64,000 nt of DNA, taken from NCBI RefSeq assembly GCF_000143415.4, contig NW_003314310.1, forward strand, positions 862,611-926,610, given 5' to 3'. Position numbers and translations under genes: made by a program. The notes beneath the pieces are model-generated. The model ran no database searches. It was not told where the DNA came from and saw only the letters and a program-made list of their open reading frames with translations. Origin of the DNA: Selaginella moellendorffii. Taxonomy: Eukaryota; Plantae; Lycopodiophyta. Shown here piece after piece: positions 37,801 to 50,153 of the stretch (position 1 is the stretch's first letter; each line of letters opens with the position of its first letter).

Positions 37801-40337
37801 ACCTCAACTACACACCTTCTCTATCCAATAATCTACTCCAAGTGCTAATGGAAAAACCGACAAGGCATAGCAAGTGAATACTATAACCCTTTTCAACACC
37901 TTATGGGCCAACTTTCAAAGGAACAACATACCAACTTAAGCTTAGCATAATGGACCACTATCGAGAATCCCGTCAAAACTACTACAATGCTACTACTTGC
38001 AAGTAGACTAGCTTCACCATCAACCACTTTGGGGTTGATTATCATTTAACCAAGCAACTTCGTAAACACATTGCTCATTATCACATGGATATGATATGGA
38101 AATCACAATGACTTGATCATCAATTGAGCAACACCACGAGCAATGCCAATGTCATTACTTCAAAAGTTTATGTGAGTATCAAGTGCCAACTCAATTCGAC
38201 AAAATGCAACATAAATGCCACACTCCACCAATAGAGACTTACAACACCCAACACCACTAACTTTGTTCACAACATGGCCAAGCTCATGCCACTCTCTCTA
38301 TCTGACCAAACTCAAAACTAATCCAACACCAAACCATTCAAGGAGCAATAGCAAGGTTCCCCAGAAAAGAATTGAGCATTGTAACTCAAGTCTTCCAATA
38401 GCGAGTCTAGACAAAATGGTATAGTGCTTCACCACTATCCATCCCATGACTCACCACTTGTAAGACCATCATCTCCAACATGCATCAAGATAGGGACTCT
38501 TGATTGTATAATGTGAACACGAGCAATGAGTCACACCTCGTTGCAAATCATCCCTCCAAAAAGAGAAAATGATTTATGTGTTTGACCCTTCATCCCCGAT
38601 GACTCTCTTTTCGGTCTCATCTTTTGACCAAACCTCAAGCTTGCTTTCGCACTGCCTTCAGTTCAATCGAAGAAAAGTTTATAAAAGAGCACGGCCATGA
38701 CTACTTGAACCAATAGACTAATCCCTATAGTCTTAATTGATCCACTTATAACCATGCCTAGGAAGGATCCACTAGTGCCGTGCTAAACAGCTACGGACCA
38801 GCCTATTTACCACTCACAGCAAACCCAGGGAAAGTTTGCTTTCACCCACGGTACATGGAACAACTCATGGAACCACCGATAGGCTAACATTAACCCCGCC
38901 AACTCAAAGTGTAACCTCGAGTTGCTAATGTGCCTCACACACGAGCCCAAGCGTAAACTCGTGCAACTGGAACAACTCAATCCCTCTTGTGAGCCCAAGC
39001 TCAAGCTCACAGAATATGGTACAACAAGGTAACTGAATCCATACCCAAGGAACGAACACAAAGTCTTTGCACCCAAACGTGTACCCACTCGGATCATCGT
39101 TTTCATCTCTGCGTATGCAACGAGACTAGTTGCCCAATCTCATTGAATAGTACTCGCTGAAACTCATCCTCTGATACCAAATGTAGCGCACGTGGTTTTG
39201 ACCCTTTATCCTATGGTGATTTACCATAGGATAACACCACGAAGCGGAACCTAAACCCTCTTTGTGCCACGTGACAGATGCCACGTGTCATATGCCACGT
39301 GTCCATGCCATGTGTCCATAGGAACCTGAGGTTCAGGGCCTTGGGCCACTAAACGAAGGAACGGTGCCAAACTCCCAAGCATGGAACCAAGGTGTGACGG
39401 AACCGAACCACGGAGCAACTCCCGAGCATAAAGCCCAAGGAGTGAAGGGACAGGAGCCCGGAGTGACTTGGAACAATCCTGGAGCAACCAGCATCCCAAT
39501 GCCAGGACCAACACGCAAAACGGAGCCAAACGGAGTCTGGCGCTATTTCGGCATACCGGTGGTCTAACGCGAGGATATGGGTACTCCACCAACTAGCATG
39601 GAATGGAACTTGGGCTTAGACCCAAGCCGGACGCAAAACAAGGACAGGCACGCAAGCGAGAGCTAGACTATGTCTCAGGTTGGTCGGCCATGCCCGACCT
39701 ACCCACTATCCCTACTATACATTTGGAACCCCCCACAGCCCCCCCCCCTCCCCCCCCCCTTGAGGAACACACGCTTTGGGCTTTCACCCCAAGCCTCCCT
39801 TAGTATCAGGAGTTAGTCTCTAGGACAAGTTCGAAACTTACTAAATATGGAAAGTCCCTAGATTGCGAATTTGGACATGGGACGAACACCATTGTGTTCA
39901 GGACGATTCCTACATTCCGTAAATATGCCAAATGAGCAAATCTGGACACTTTCCATAAATAGCATTTGGGACCGAAATGAGACTAACACAAAGGGCATGA
40001 TAGCGAGGGTGTTTGGCAGACACGGTAAGCTATCATCTAGCGATATTGAGGGACCAATCTCAATATCGCAGGGGTTCTTGATACTAGCAAGTGCAAGCCA
40101 ATGACACAAGTTTCTCAAACTAGGCCGAGTATGCTCAGCAAGAAACACATAGGGTTCCTACCTTATTTTTATCCAATCTAAGTGCATGGTCATTGACCAG
40201 TTTCTCAACTAGCTCAAGTGGGGAACTGATAACGGGTCCAGCAATACCGACCTCCTGCCATCATGGCAGTAAGGTAAGAGTGTCCATAAGGACTAGCCGA
40301 CAGGTAACTTTCGATACCCGAAGTCACATTCGCGACA
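31821..40337 (-). mobile_element. Non-autonomous LARD-like LTR element (family A LTRs), chimeric, no intact ORF
   Basis: 5' LTR 40337-39182 (TG...CA); PBS 39179-39169; about 6.4 kb ORF-free interior; 3' UTR homologous to 31000-31515; PPT 32283-32272; 3' LTR from 32271 into the gap. Confidence 0.85.
33076..36848. repeat. About 1.8 kb diverged direct duplication inside the LARD (33076-~34825 and 35026-~36848)
   Basis: Both copies start AACTCAAAGAACACAAAGTATCAT.GACTGGCAAGC and end near AACTAAATGACCACTC...ATAAGCTCAC. Confidence 0.9.
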
Positions 40338-43300
40338 AAGAATATTGACATCTAATAAATATCAACCCGTTAATTGACATACCTCTGTTACCTCCGTTGG
40401 TAAATTGAAAAGGAAAAATTTATAGCTTATAATTTGGTATCAAGACCTTTTCCTCAGTTTTAGTGAAGGATAGAGGTAGATTTCTGGGAGATGGCTAAGG
40501 TAGGGTGTAAAAGAACCAAGGCGAAGATGGAACCTCCTCTGAAGCTGGAGCCTTCTATCGAACACGAAGCTATGGATGAGGAATCCTTGCATGGGGAAGA
40601 CTCCAATGAGGAAACTTCCAAACAAGAGTCTGATGGTAAGGTTCAGGTTTCCAAAGCTCGATTGGATGTTCTAGAAGAACAATTGATATAGGATATAAAC
40701 CAATGCCTTGTTGGAGACCCTCGTATGCAAGCTAAAGCATGACAAAAAGCAAAAGAAAAAGCAAAAGACTGCAGAAGCTAACAGTGTAGAAGGTGTGGAC
40801 CCTTTGTCAAAGACGAAGGTGGAACCAAATAAGGTCAAACAAATGAAAGTGAAAACAGTCTCTCAAGCAGTTTCTAAATACAAACCAAAGCCCCCACTTG
40901 TCTTCAAGAGAGTGAATGACTATAAAGTGGTGGAAGATTAGTTTTACGATATGGAGAATTATTTCCTAGCATTGCGGTTAGCGAGCTCGGAGAAGGTTCC
41001 ATGTGCTAAACCATATTTGGCAGATTATGCTAAGTCTTGGTGGAGAATAATAGATGCCAACAACAGACTGGTGGCCACTTGAGAAATGATGAAGGTGAGG
41101 ATCCATGCAACTTATGTTCCTCCAAATGCTATTATACATCTAAGGATGAGCTGAGTAGGCTGAAGTAGATGGGAACCATTGAAGAGTATGTGAATACGTT
41201 CATGGCAAAGAGAATCCTTGTCATGGACATGGGTGACATGGATGCGTTCCATGCCTTCATATTAGGCTTGCAAACCTAGGCTTGAGGCAAAGGTGATGCG
41301 TTGGAACCTGACTAACTACAAGGAAGTATTGGATGCAGTTATCAAAGTGCATTTCAATGATAACCTGCGAAAGGGGAACACAATGGGGCTAGGGTCCATG
41401 TTTAGCAAAGGAGCCAAACCAAGAGGGATATATGGGAAAAAAAGAGTTTCTCTAAGAATGAGTCCTTAAGGTTCTAAAAAGGCAAATCTGGTGGCCAGCG
41501 AGCAAGTACGTAGGGGAGTCAAGTTAATAGGGACAAACCCATAGATAAGAAGGTCAAGTCTACTAATAGTGTGGGAAACAATATATGCTTCAATTGCAAT
41601 GAAACATGACATTGTTCGAAGGAATGTCTTTACCCGAAGAAAGCCAGAGCCAATATAGCCATCAAGATGGGTGAAATCTAAACTGAGGTACGTGATCCAA
41701 TCCCTAGGTCAAAGTTACTCATTACACAAGTAACTTTGTTAGAGAGTTGTTCGTGACATTTACTAGGCCTCTGAGGGAAGCTTAAAGGTAGCTTTGTTAA
41801 GATCCTTATTAACACGAGTGTTTTGGATAATTTTGTGGTTGCAGACCTAGTCGAGCAAGCTGGACTAATGGTGTAGCGGCTGGGTGAACCAAGGACTATA
41901 GAGTTTGTTCAAAGTAGCTAAAGCACCAATGAGGTACTTCAACAAGCAAAAGTTGAAGTAAGGACATAGAAAGTAGATATGGATTTCACTGTATTGGACA
42001 TGGCGGGATTTAATGTAATTTTCGGGATGGATTGGTTCAATCGGTTCATGGTAGCCTTGCATAGACAAGGTAGGAATCTTATGGTACTAGCAAATGCCCA
42101 GGGAGAACAATTCAGGGTGGAGGCCCAGAATTTAAAAGTAGGGCAATATAAGGCTAAAGACTCTTGCTTGGACTTAATGTCCACTAAAGGACAACTCATT
42201 AAAGGAACCAAGGCAGTATTTTTGTGACTCTCAGTAAGGAGTGACAAAAAGACAGGAATAGAAGAAGTACCTTTAGTGATCCAGAAGGTGTTGAACCAAT
42301 TTCAAGATACTATGCTGGAGGAGCTACCAGCAGAGTTACCCCCCACACGACCAATACAATATAAAATCGAGTTGGTCGAGGGTGCTAAGGTGGTGGTTCG
42401 CCCCACCTATCGTTTGAACGAAAAGGAACTTAAGGAGCTCAGATGCCAACTGAAAGAGTTGGTGGATAAAGGGTATGTTAGATTGAGCAAGTCACCATAT
42501 GGGGTGCTAGTGTTATTTGCGAAAAAGAAAGATGAATTTACCAGTTGCTCAACAAGTATACAAATAAAAACAAGTACCTTTTACTAAAGATTGAGGACCT
42601 GTTCAATAGGTTAGGAAAAACAAAATACTCTCGAGAATTGACCTAAGCTCAAGATACTACTAAATGAGTGTAATAGAGGAAGATGTCAAGAAAAAAGCCT
42701 GTCGGAAAAGGTATAGGAGCTTTGAGTTTTTGGTGATGCCCTTTGGGCTGTGCAATGCACTAACAACATTTTTGGCACTGATGAACCACATTTTTGTACC
42801 CTATCTAGATCACTTCATGGTTGTCTATATTGATGATATCTTAATCTATAAAGTTTTTAAGAAACTAAGGGAATACAAGTTATATGCAAATGTGATTTTT
42901 CTCTATAAGAGATAAAGTTTCTCGGACATATAGTGGGCAAGGATATGCTCAAGGTGGACTATGAGAAGGTTCAAGTGATCTAGGAATGGGAGCGACCATT
43001 GAATGTACACAAGTTGAGAGCATTCTTAGAGTTATGCAACTACTGTCGAAAGTTTATCAAACACTATTCGAGAGTAACTCTACCTTTAATGGACCAAATG
43101 GAAAAAAAAAGATGGTATGGACAGTGGAATGTGAGGTGGCATTTGTCCACATCAAAAGGAAGTTAAGGAAGGCTCCTATGTTGGCATTACCAGACTTTGA
43201 TAAGAACTTTGAGGTAGAAACGGACACTTCAAACTTTGCATTAGGTGCAATTTTGATGTAATAGAACCATCCAATGGTATTCTTCTTGAAGAAGTTGGAC

Positions 43301-45135
43301 AACACTCAGCAAAAATGCCTGTCTACGAGAAGAAATTATTTGCAGTAGTCAAAGCATTTAAGGAGTGGCAATGAGGCACTTCAAAGTTTATATAGATAAT
43401 GTGGCAATAAAACACTTCTTATCACAACCCAATCCAAAAGGAAAATAAGGGTGATGGGCTAATGCTTTGGCCGAGTTTCATTATGAGATTCTATATAAAC
43501 CTAAAAAGAGCAACATCATAGCTAATGCTCTAAGTCAAAAAGTAAACTTAAAGCTAGTAATGTCCAACATGACAATTGTCGCAAATATGACTTCGGGTAT
43601 CAAAAGTTACTTGTCGGCTAGTCCTTACAGACACTCTTTTCTTACTGCCACAATGGCAGGAGGTCAGTATTGCTAGGCCCATTATCAGTTCCCACTTGAG
43701 CTAGTTGATAAATTGGTCAATGATTATGCACTTAAATTGGATAAACATAAGATAGGAACCCTATGTGTTTCTTATTAAGCATACTCAGCCTGGTTTGAGA
43801 AACTCTTGTCATTGGCTTGCACTTGCTAGTATCAAGAACCCCTGTGATATTGAGCTTGGTTTCTCAATATTCGCTAGATGATAGCTTACCGTGTCTGCCA
43901 AACACCCTCGCTAGCAAGCCTTTTGTGTTAGTCTCAATTCGATCCCAATGCTATTTATGGAAGTGTCTAGATTTTCTCATTTGGCATATTTATGGAATGT
44001 AGAGATTATCCTGAACACAATGGTGTTCATCCCGTGCTTAAATTCGCAATCTAAGGCCATTCCATATTTAGTAAGTTTCAAGCTTGTCCCAGAGACTAAC
44101 TCCTGATACTAAGGGAGGCTTGGGGTGAAGCCCAAAGTGTGTGTTCCTCAAGGGGGGGGGGGGGGGGGGGGTCCAAATGTATAGTAGGGATAGTGGGTAG
44201 ATCAAGTATGGTCGACCAACCTGAGGCATAGTTTAGCTCCCGTTTGCGTGCCTGTCCTTAAACTACGTCCGGCTTGGGTCTAAGCCTAAACTCCATACCA
44301 TGCTAGCTAGTGGAGTACCCATATCCTTGCGTTAGGACATTAGTATGCCAAAATAGCGCTAGACTCCATTTAGCTCCGTTTTGCATGCTGGTCCTGGCAT
44401 TGGGATGCTGGTTGCTCTAGGACTGTTCTAAATCGCTCTATGCTCCTGTCTTTTTGCTCATTGGGTTGTATGCTCGAAAGTTGCTCCGTGGTTCGGTTCT
44501 GCCACTCCTTGGCTCCATGCTTAGGAGTTTCACTTTGTACCTTTGTTCAATGGCCCAAGGCCTTGAAACTCAGGTTCCACACCACTGTCCTTGGACATGT
44601 GGCATGTGTCACTTGGCATAAAGAGGGTTTAGGTTCCATTTCATGGTGTTATCCTATGGTAAATCACCATAGGATAAAAGGTCAAAACCATGTGCACTAC
44701 AATAGCAACCATTTGGAATGATGTGCAAACAACGTATGAGAACAATGGTTTAGCACAAGAATTGTTGCTAAAGAACTAAGAAGCGTTAGATGCTCACTAA
44801 AGAGGCAAGTCGCCTACAGAAGAGAAGACAACTTATGCAAAATGCAATGGATTTATTTATTATGAATAGATGAGGGTGTATGTTCTATAAGGGGAACTAA
44901 GGAAAGTAGTTTTAGAAGAGTGTTATGATGGACTTTTGGCGGGATGCAGTAGAGTGCCTAGGATGATGGGTTACTCAAGAAAAAGTATCACTGACCAGAC
45001 ATAGCTAAAGATATTCAGGAATATATAAAGACATGTCCAACATGTTAGTAAGTCAAAGTTGTGACTAAAATTAACGGGGGCTTATTACAAAAACTCCCAA
45101 TTCTAAATTGTCCATGGAAATGTCTTATAATGAAT
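40338..45135 (+). mobile_element. Second, more decayed Ty3/gypsy element (LTR end, PBS, gag-pol remnant), interrupted by a solo LTR
   Basis: PBS-like TGGTATCAAG 40435; gag from 40491; CFNCNET*HCSKEC; PAELPPTRPIQYKIELVEG; FLVMPFGLCNA, YIDD; VETDTSNFALGA; integrase zinc-finger remnant near 44900-45120. Confidence 0.88.
43577..44701 (+). mobile_element. Solo LTR, family A (long variant)
   Basis: TGTCGCAAAT...GCACTACA, collinear with the reverse complement of 39182-40337; pol remnant continues on both sides; no PBS or PPT adjacent. Confidence 0.9.
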
Positions 45136-45490
45136 TTGGAGGGGATTCATTCTTTTTTTCTTCTCCTCTTCTTGATGTTGATATTGGTGGTGTTCAGGAT
45201 CATCAACAGTAGAACCAATTCAATGCATCCTCCAGAGATGGATGATCAAGATGGGTTCATGGCCAAGTCAAGAACAATAATACCATTATCCAATGACAAG
45301 AGCTCACTTTTACTCAAAGAAAAAGCAAAGGATCTGGAGAGTGGTAATTGCAAACAATAGAAACAACATCATGGCAGTGAATGCTTGCTCATTATCAATG
45401 GTTGGAGCTTGGAAGCTTTACATTGCCAGTACTTCATGCAATGAACCATTGCTTGATAAAAATCCAAATTATGTATTATAGAGACATAAT

Positions 45491-45574
45491 GTCAAGATGG
45501 CCAAGTGGTCTAAGGTGGCAGACTCAAGTTCTGCTCCTCTCAAGAGGGCATGGGTTCAAATCCCACTTCTGACA
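45491..45574 (+). tRNA. tRNA-Leu(CAA), possibly pseudogenising
   Basis: 84 nt cloverleaf GTCAAGATGGCCAAGTGGTCTAAGGT..GCAGA-CTCAAGT-TCTGC, long variable arm, GGTTCAAATCCCACTTCTGACA. A-C mismatches in the acceptor and T stems. Confidence 0.8.
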
Positions 45575-45873
45575 TCTATTCTTTTCACATTTATAAGAAA
45601 CAAAGGTGAAGGTAATTTTGCAAGCTTGTTCACGTCGTCTTGGTGCCAAACGTTGCAGCGTCTTGCAAGGCCGTGCCTAGGCTTGGCGTGCATCGGCCAA
45701 CAGTGTGTGGAATTCTCAATGTAAACTTTCCTTCTGTATCGATTTAACAAAAGCTTGTTACTTGACAGGCTTCTGAGAGAAATCAAAGAACACTGCTGGA
45801 ATTTGGAAAGCACATGGATCAAATCAATGTTACAACGTTCGTTGGCTTGACAGTGAGCTGTAATTGTACTAAT

Positions 45874-45921
45874 GCCTTTATAGCTCAGTGGTAGAGCGTC
45901 AGCCTTGTAAACTTGAAGGCC
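45874..45921 (+). pseudogene. 5' portion of tRNA-Thr(TGT); T arm and 3' acceptor strand missing
   Basis: GCCTTTATAGCTCAGTGGTAGAGCGTCAGCCTTGTAAACTTGAAGGCC, then an abrupt switch to coding-like sequence. Confidence 0.75.
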
Positions 45922-46130
45922 AGGAGCGACGAGCTGGAGATCACGGCGTGGACGGAAGATGGACTTATCATGGGCATGCGGCATTCCAAGTATAAGCACG
46001 TCCAGGTAGGAAGTTCTAGTTGTGTTCTTCAATCCTTCTTTTCTTCTTCGACTCAATCAGTTCCATCCCGAGGGCATCATCTCGCAAAATGGGAAGCAGA
46101 TACTAGAAAACTACATCTGCTTCATGAACC
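45922..46130 (+). pseudogene. 3' fragment of anthranilate synthase beta subunit / class I glutamine amidotransferase
   Basis: SDELEITAWTEDGLIMGMRHSKYKHVQ, an intron-like segment, then QFHPEGIISQNGKQILENYI; no upstream exons. Confidence 0.8.
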
Positions 46131-47094
46131 TCCAGGAATCACGAGGACCTTTTCTGGCGGGAAGAAGAGGAGGAGGAGGAGGAGCGTAGAGACACGGAAA
46201 GAGGTGCGAAACCGAGATTCCATCTGTAGCTCTTTTCTTTTTCTCTCCTCCCTATAACCTGCTCTTCTGTTTGAAATCATGTAACTACAGTGCCATTGAC
46301 CCAGGAAAAGTTTCTCCAAACTGTGCGCTGTAAGTGGACTCAAAATGTGTTTGAAAGTTTACTTGGGCAAGCTTGAAAATATTCCGGTTCACAGACCAGA
46401 ACGTAAGGAATAGAAGGCTCGAGCTCTTTCACTGTCATCCAAGATTTCCCAAATACGGCAGAGCATAGATCGAATCAACAAGGGGAAAAAAACAAGAAAA
46501 AACCTGGCAAATGTTGTATGTGAAGCTATTGTAATTATCGAAGAACTGGGCTTTGCTTGGACTCGGATGAAACAGCACTGCCGTGGCCCTCAGCTGCAAA
46601 GACCGCTAAATACCTATCTGTTAGAGAATATTCTGATGCACTAACCCAGAAGAAACCCTCTTTTAACCAATCTAAAAGGGTTTACCAAACTTTTGGTTAC
46701 CATGGATTGAGAGGATTATCCCTAATGTTGGGGAGACTTCTTCTTGATGTTGTTGTTGTCATTATTGTTGATCCCATAGATCCATTGATCATGTTCAGGA
46801 TGCACTAAAGAATGCTGGTTCTACCACTGATAAATCTTTCTCAACAACGGCATCATCCAAAGATTCTGTGATAAACTTAGTAAGATTGTGTTCGTTCCAG
46901 CAGAGAATGGGATTCCAAGCGTAGCTGGAGGAAGTCCGAGCCGGGTGCTTGCGTCCTATAACGAAGCTATCTTGGCGAAGGATTGGCCACTCGGATGGAC
47001 GCGCTGTCCTGTGCTCTCTCGACCAAGAGTGGCAAGAGCAATATTTATCTACTATTTCTTCTCAGAGTGTTATCTCTGAGGCCTAAGTCTGCAT

Positions 47095-47195
47095 GCATTG
47101 CCAAGTGGTTGAATACTTCATGCAATCAAGCATTGCTTATACAATTCCAAGAAGATGGCTAAGAGGATGAGGGTTGGATTCAAATCCCACTTCTA
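47095..47195 (+). pseudogene. Collapsed remnant of the tRNA-Leu locus including its upstream flank
   Basis: CATTGCCA...TACTTCATGCAAT.AA.CATTGCTT...AAGATGGC.AAG...TTCAAATCCCACTTCT is shared with 45421-45570. Confidence 0.65.
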
Positions 47196-47394
47196 ATTTT
47201 ATATTTATGTTGTATAAGTTAGGTTTGATTTATTTATAACAATTTAACTTGATAATGCTGATTCTTCAAGTCTGCCCCGTGAGAAATCCTTTGCGATTCG
47301 TTCCTCTCAGTTTCTTGTGGGTTTACTAAACACTTTAGCATATACACGGAATCATCTAAATCTTGGAGATAGTGAAGCCGGACAAGTGGCTGCG

Positions 47395-47980
47395 GGAGTA
47401 AGCTGGTTACAGTGGTCGGTCCTAAGGGCTCAGAGAAGACGGCAGTGATTCAAGAGTTCCAACGTAGGCAGAGCACGGGGATGGTGTCTGGAGAGCTCCC
47501 GCAGCACCTTGTCAACCTCACGAGGCACCTGCGTCCAAGAAGGCTGGCTTCGTCGATAAAGACGGTTGTATAGCCGCTCATGTAGCCATCTAGAGAAGCT
47601 CCCAGTGATAACCCAAGCGATCACAGTCCTCCAATTCATAAGAAACTTCCAGATTGGCATCCATTAGTTTTCTCTTCTATATAGACGAGCGAAGGCTCTC
47701 CCACAGATCCGGCCCGAGAGGGGCCCAAGGGTGGAGGCTCTCTGGGATGTGATGCTTGACTACTCATATGAAGCAAGAAGCAAGTCCGCGCCTGTGCCAC
47801 ACTCAATGAAAGATCTTTCGCACGGAGTGCTGATGAAAAGTGGACACGCGACACGTTCCTCGCAGTTCTCAAGCAGCTTGTGGCCAACCCGGATGGTACT
47901 GTCCCATACAAGAAGCTCCAGAAGCTCCATGACACAGTCGATGCTATGATAGAGCAGGGCCTCTTGGAGTATAGATCTTC
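47395..47980 (+). pseudogene. Decayed P-loop ATPase gene, copy 2 (paralogue of 20090-20820)
   Basis: KLVTVVGPKGSEKTAVIQE; AGGGTGGAGGCTCTCTGGGATG and DTVDAMIEQGLLEYRS match the 20.1-20.8 kb copy (DTDDTMIEHGLFQYRS). Confidence 0.65.
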
Positions 47981-48491
47981 TCTTGGTTTCTTGTCAGGTG
48001 TAAATGATTTCTGAAATCGCTGTTGGCCTGATGGTCAAACTCCGAGAGCCGTGATGTAGAGCTTGGACACAGGAGTGACAAGCCTGCATCCTCTTTCCTT
48101 TTGGGACTTTGCCTCCACAAAGAAACAGAACTTTGATGCCGGTCTATCGGTTCGAGATAACGTACGTATTCTGGAAAACAGTATAGCTTTGTAAGTTCTT
48201 GTGATCGAGGGGACAATAGTGCAGTGATTGCGCACCAAGAGCGGCACGCAATGTTGGCAACATTGGTAGCAAGGGGTCGTTCACACGAGCAATTTCATCG
48301 CCAACCTTTCTACTTTTTCTTTCTCTTCAAGCATTTTTCTTCCTCGCGGGGTTCTCTCTTCATCCAGGTTTTTTGTTTTTGCCGCGCGCTGCTCCCCGCC
48401 GCCCTCACCAAGCGCGCAGCCGCGCAGCGAATCAGAATTATAACTTAAAATGTCTCAAGTTTTCAAAATTTTTCTGAAAAGTCTGATGTGA

Positions 48492-50153
48492 ATGAAGGTA
48501 GCCGATGGAATTGCGATCATCAAATCATGTAAATCTCTCTCCATGGCCCAAAACATTCATTCTCAACTTATTCGGGAAAATCTTTTGGAGGAGAGAAATG
48601 GAGATTCTTTTCTCAAAAACAAGCTTGTGGAGTTGTATGGGCGATGTGGAAGCGTTGAAGCTGCACGCCGGATGTTTGACGCAATCAAGCACAAAGATTC
48701 TTATTCTTGGGTTCTTATGCTCACAGCATATGCTCAAAACGGGCATGTTTACCTGGCAAAGAAAGTATTTGATGCCATGCCGTATCACTGCCTTGTTTCA
48801 TGGACAGCAATGCTGAGTGCCTTTGTGCGTTGTGGAGATTTAAACCATGCCAAGGAAGTTTTTGATTATATGCAAGAGCGTAACATCATTACATGGGTGG
48901 TTATGCTCTCGGCATATGCCCAATCCGGACATATCCACAAAGCTCATGAAATCTTTCAGAGAATTCCGGAATACAACATGGTATCATGGACGGTTATGAT
49001 TCGCACACTTTCTCAAGCCGGATTAGTCCTGGAGGCTAAGCGCATATTCGATTCTATGCCAGAGCGGGACATAGTTTCCTGGACTGGTATCCTCACGGCA
49101 TATGCTCAAAACGGGCATCTGCATGAAGCAAAGAACGTGTTCGATACCATGCCAGAAAGGAACAGAATCTCCTGGAATACATTTCTGTCCGTGAACGCAC
49201 AAAACTGCGGCTTGCAAGAAGCCAAGATCGTATTTTCTTCCATGCAAGAGCGTTGTATAGTATCGTACAATGAGATGCTTTTTGCATATGCTAGACTGGG
49301 GCATATGGGTGATGCGAAGTGCGTCTTTGATTCCATGCCTGAATGGGATCTTTTCTCATGGAATACAATGCTTTACGGGTATACAGAATTATCAAAACTG
49401 TACGAAGCGGGTGTTGTTTTCAATTCAATGTGCGAACGAGATACCGTTTCGTGGACAACAATGCTTACGGCATATACCCGAGCCGGGCATTTGGAAGAGG
49501 CCTTTTGCATATTTCAGCAAATGGAAAGATATGACCAGGTCACTTGCAATTCGATGCTGCTTGCATTTTCCTGTAAAGGCTATATGCGTGAAGCTCTAAG
49601 GTTTTCCTTTCAAATGGTAGAAAGAGACACAGTATCTTGGAATACAATTTTGCTTGCATATGCCCAATCTGGGCATAGAGACACGGCAAGACGGGTTTTT
49701 GATTCGATGCCCGTGTCCGATTTAGTATCTTGGAACACCATGGTTGCAGCTTATGCCCAGAAAGGACATTTCTTGGAGGCTGTGGAACTCTTTCATCACA
49801 TACCTATGACTGAAAAGCCAAATGAGATAACTTTTGTAGAGGTTTTGTTAGCAAGTACGCATCATGGGAGTGTTGCCAATGGCCTCCACTACCTCCAATC
49901 AATGCAATGTGACTACAATATAAAAGCATCTAAGCAGCACTACTGTGAAATACTTGATCTTTTTGGAAGAGCTGGGCATTTGGGCGATGCCGAGCAATTA
50001 ATCAAAAGCATGCCGTTTGTCCCTGAGGATTTGGACTGGACGTGCTTTCTGGCGGCGTGTAAGAATCAGAAGAATGTGAGACATGGTTCTCAGGTGACAC
50101 TTATCTCAGATAATGGAGCAGCTTATATCTTACTCGCAAACGCCTGGTCCTGA
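48492..50153 (+). CDS. PLS-class PPR protein rich in S motifs, truncated E domain (553 aa)
   Basis: NKLVELYGRCGSV then tandem F..MPER..VSW..ML.AYAQ.G repeats; ends QHYCEILDLFGRAG...WTCFLAAC...AAYILLANAWS*. Confidence 0.93.
   Translation: MKVADGIAIIKSCKSLSMAQNIHSQLIRENLLEERNGDSFLKNKLVELYGRCGSVEAARRMFDAIKHKDSYSWVLMLTAYAQNGHVYLAKKVFDAMPYHCLVSWTAMLSAFVRCGDLNHAKEVFDYMQERNIITWVVMLSAYAQSGHIHKAHEIFQRIPEYNMVSWTVMIRTLSQAGLVLEAKRIFDSMPERDIVSWTGILTAYAQNGHLHEAKNVFDTMPERNRISWNTFLSVNAQNCGLQEAKIVFSSMQERCIVSYNEMLFAYARLGHMGDAKCVFDSMPEWDLFSWNTMLYGYTELSKLYEAGVVFNSMCERDTVSWTTMLTAYTRAGHLEEAFCIFQQMERYDQVTCNSMLLAFSCKGYMREALRFSFQMVERDTVSWNTILLAYAQSGHRDTARRVFDSMPVSDLVSWNTMVAAYAQKGHFLEAVELFHHIPMTEKPNEITFVEVLLASTHHGSVANGLHYLQSMQCDYNIKASKQHYCEILDLFGRAGHLGDAEQLIKSMPFVPEDLDWTCFLAACKNQKNVRHGSQVTLISDNGAAYILLANAWS

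Noticed and set aside
43570-44710. Target-site duplication for the family A solo LTR
   Set aside because: The flanks ACAAT and ATAGC do not form a clean 5-bp repeat.
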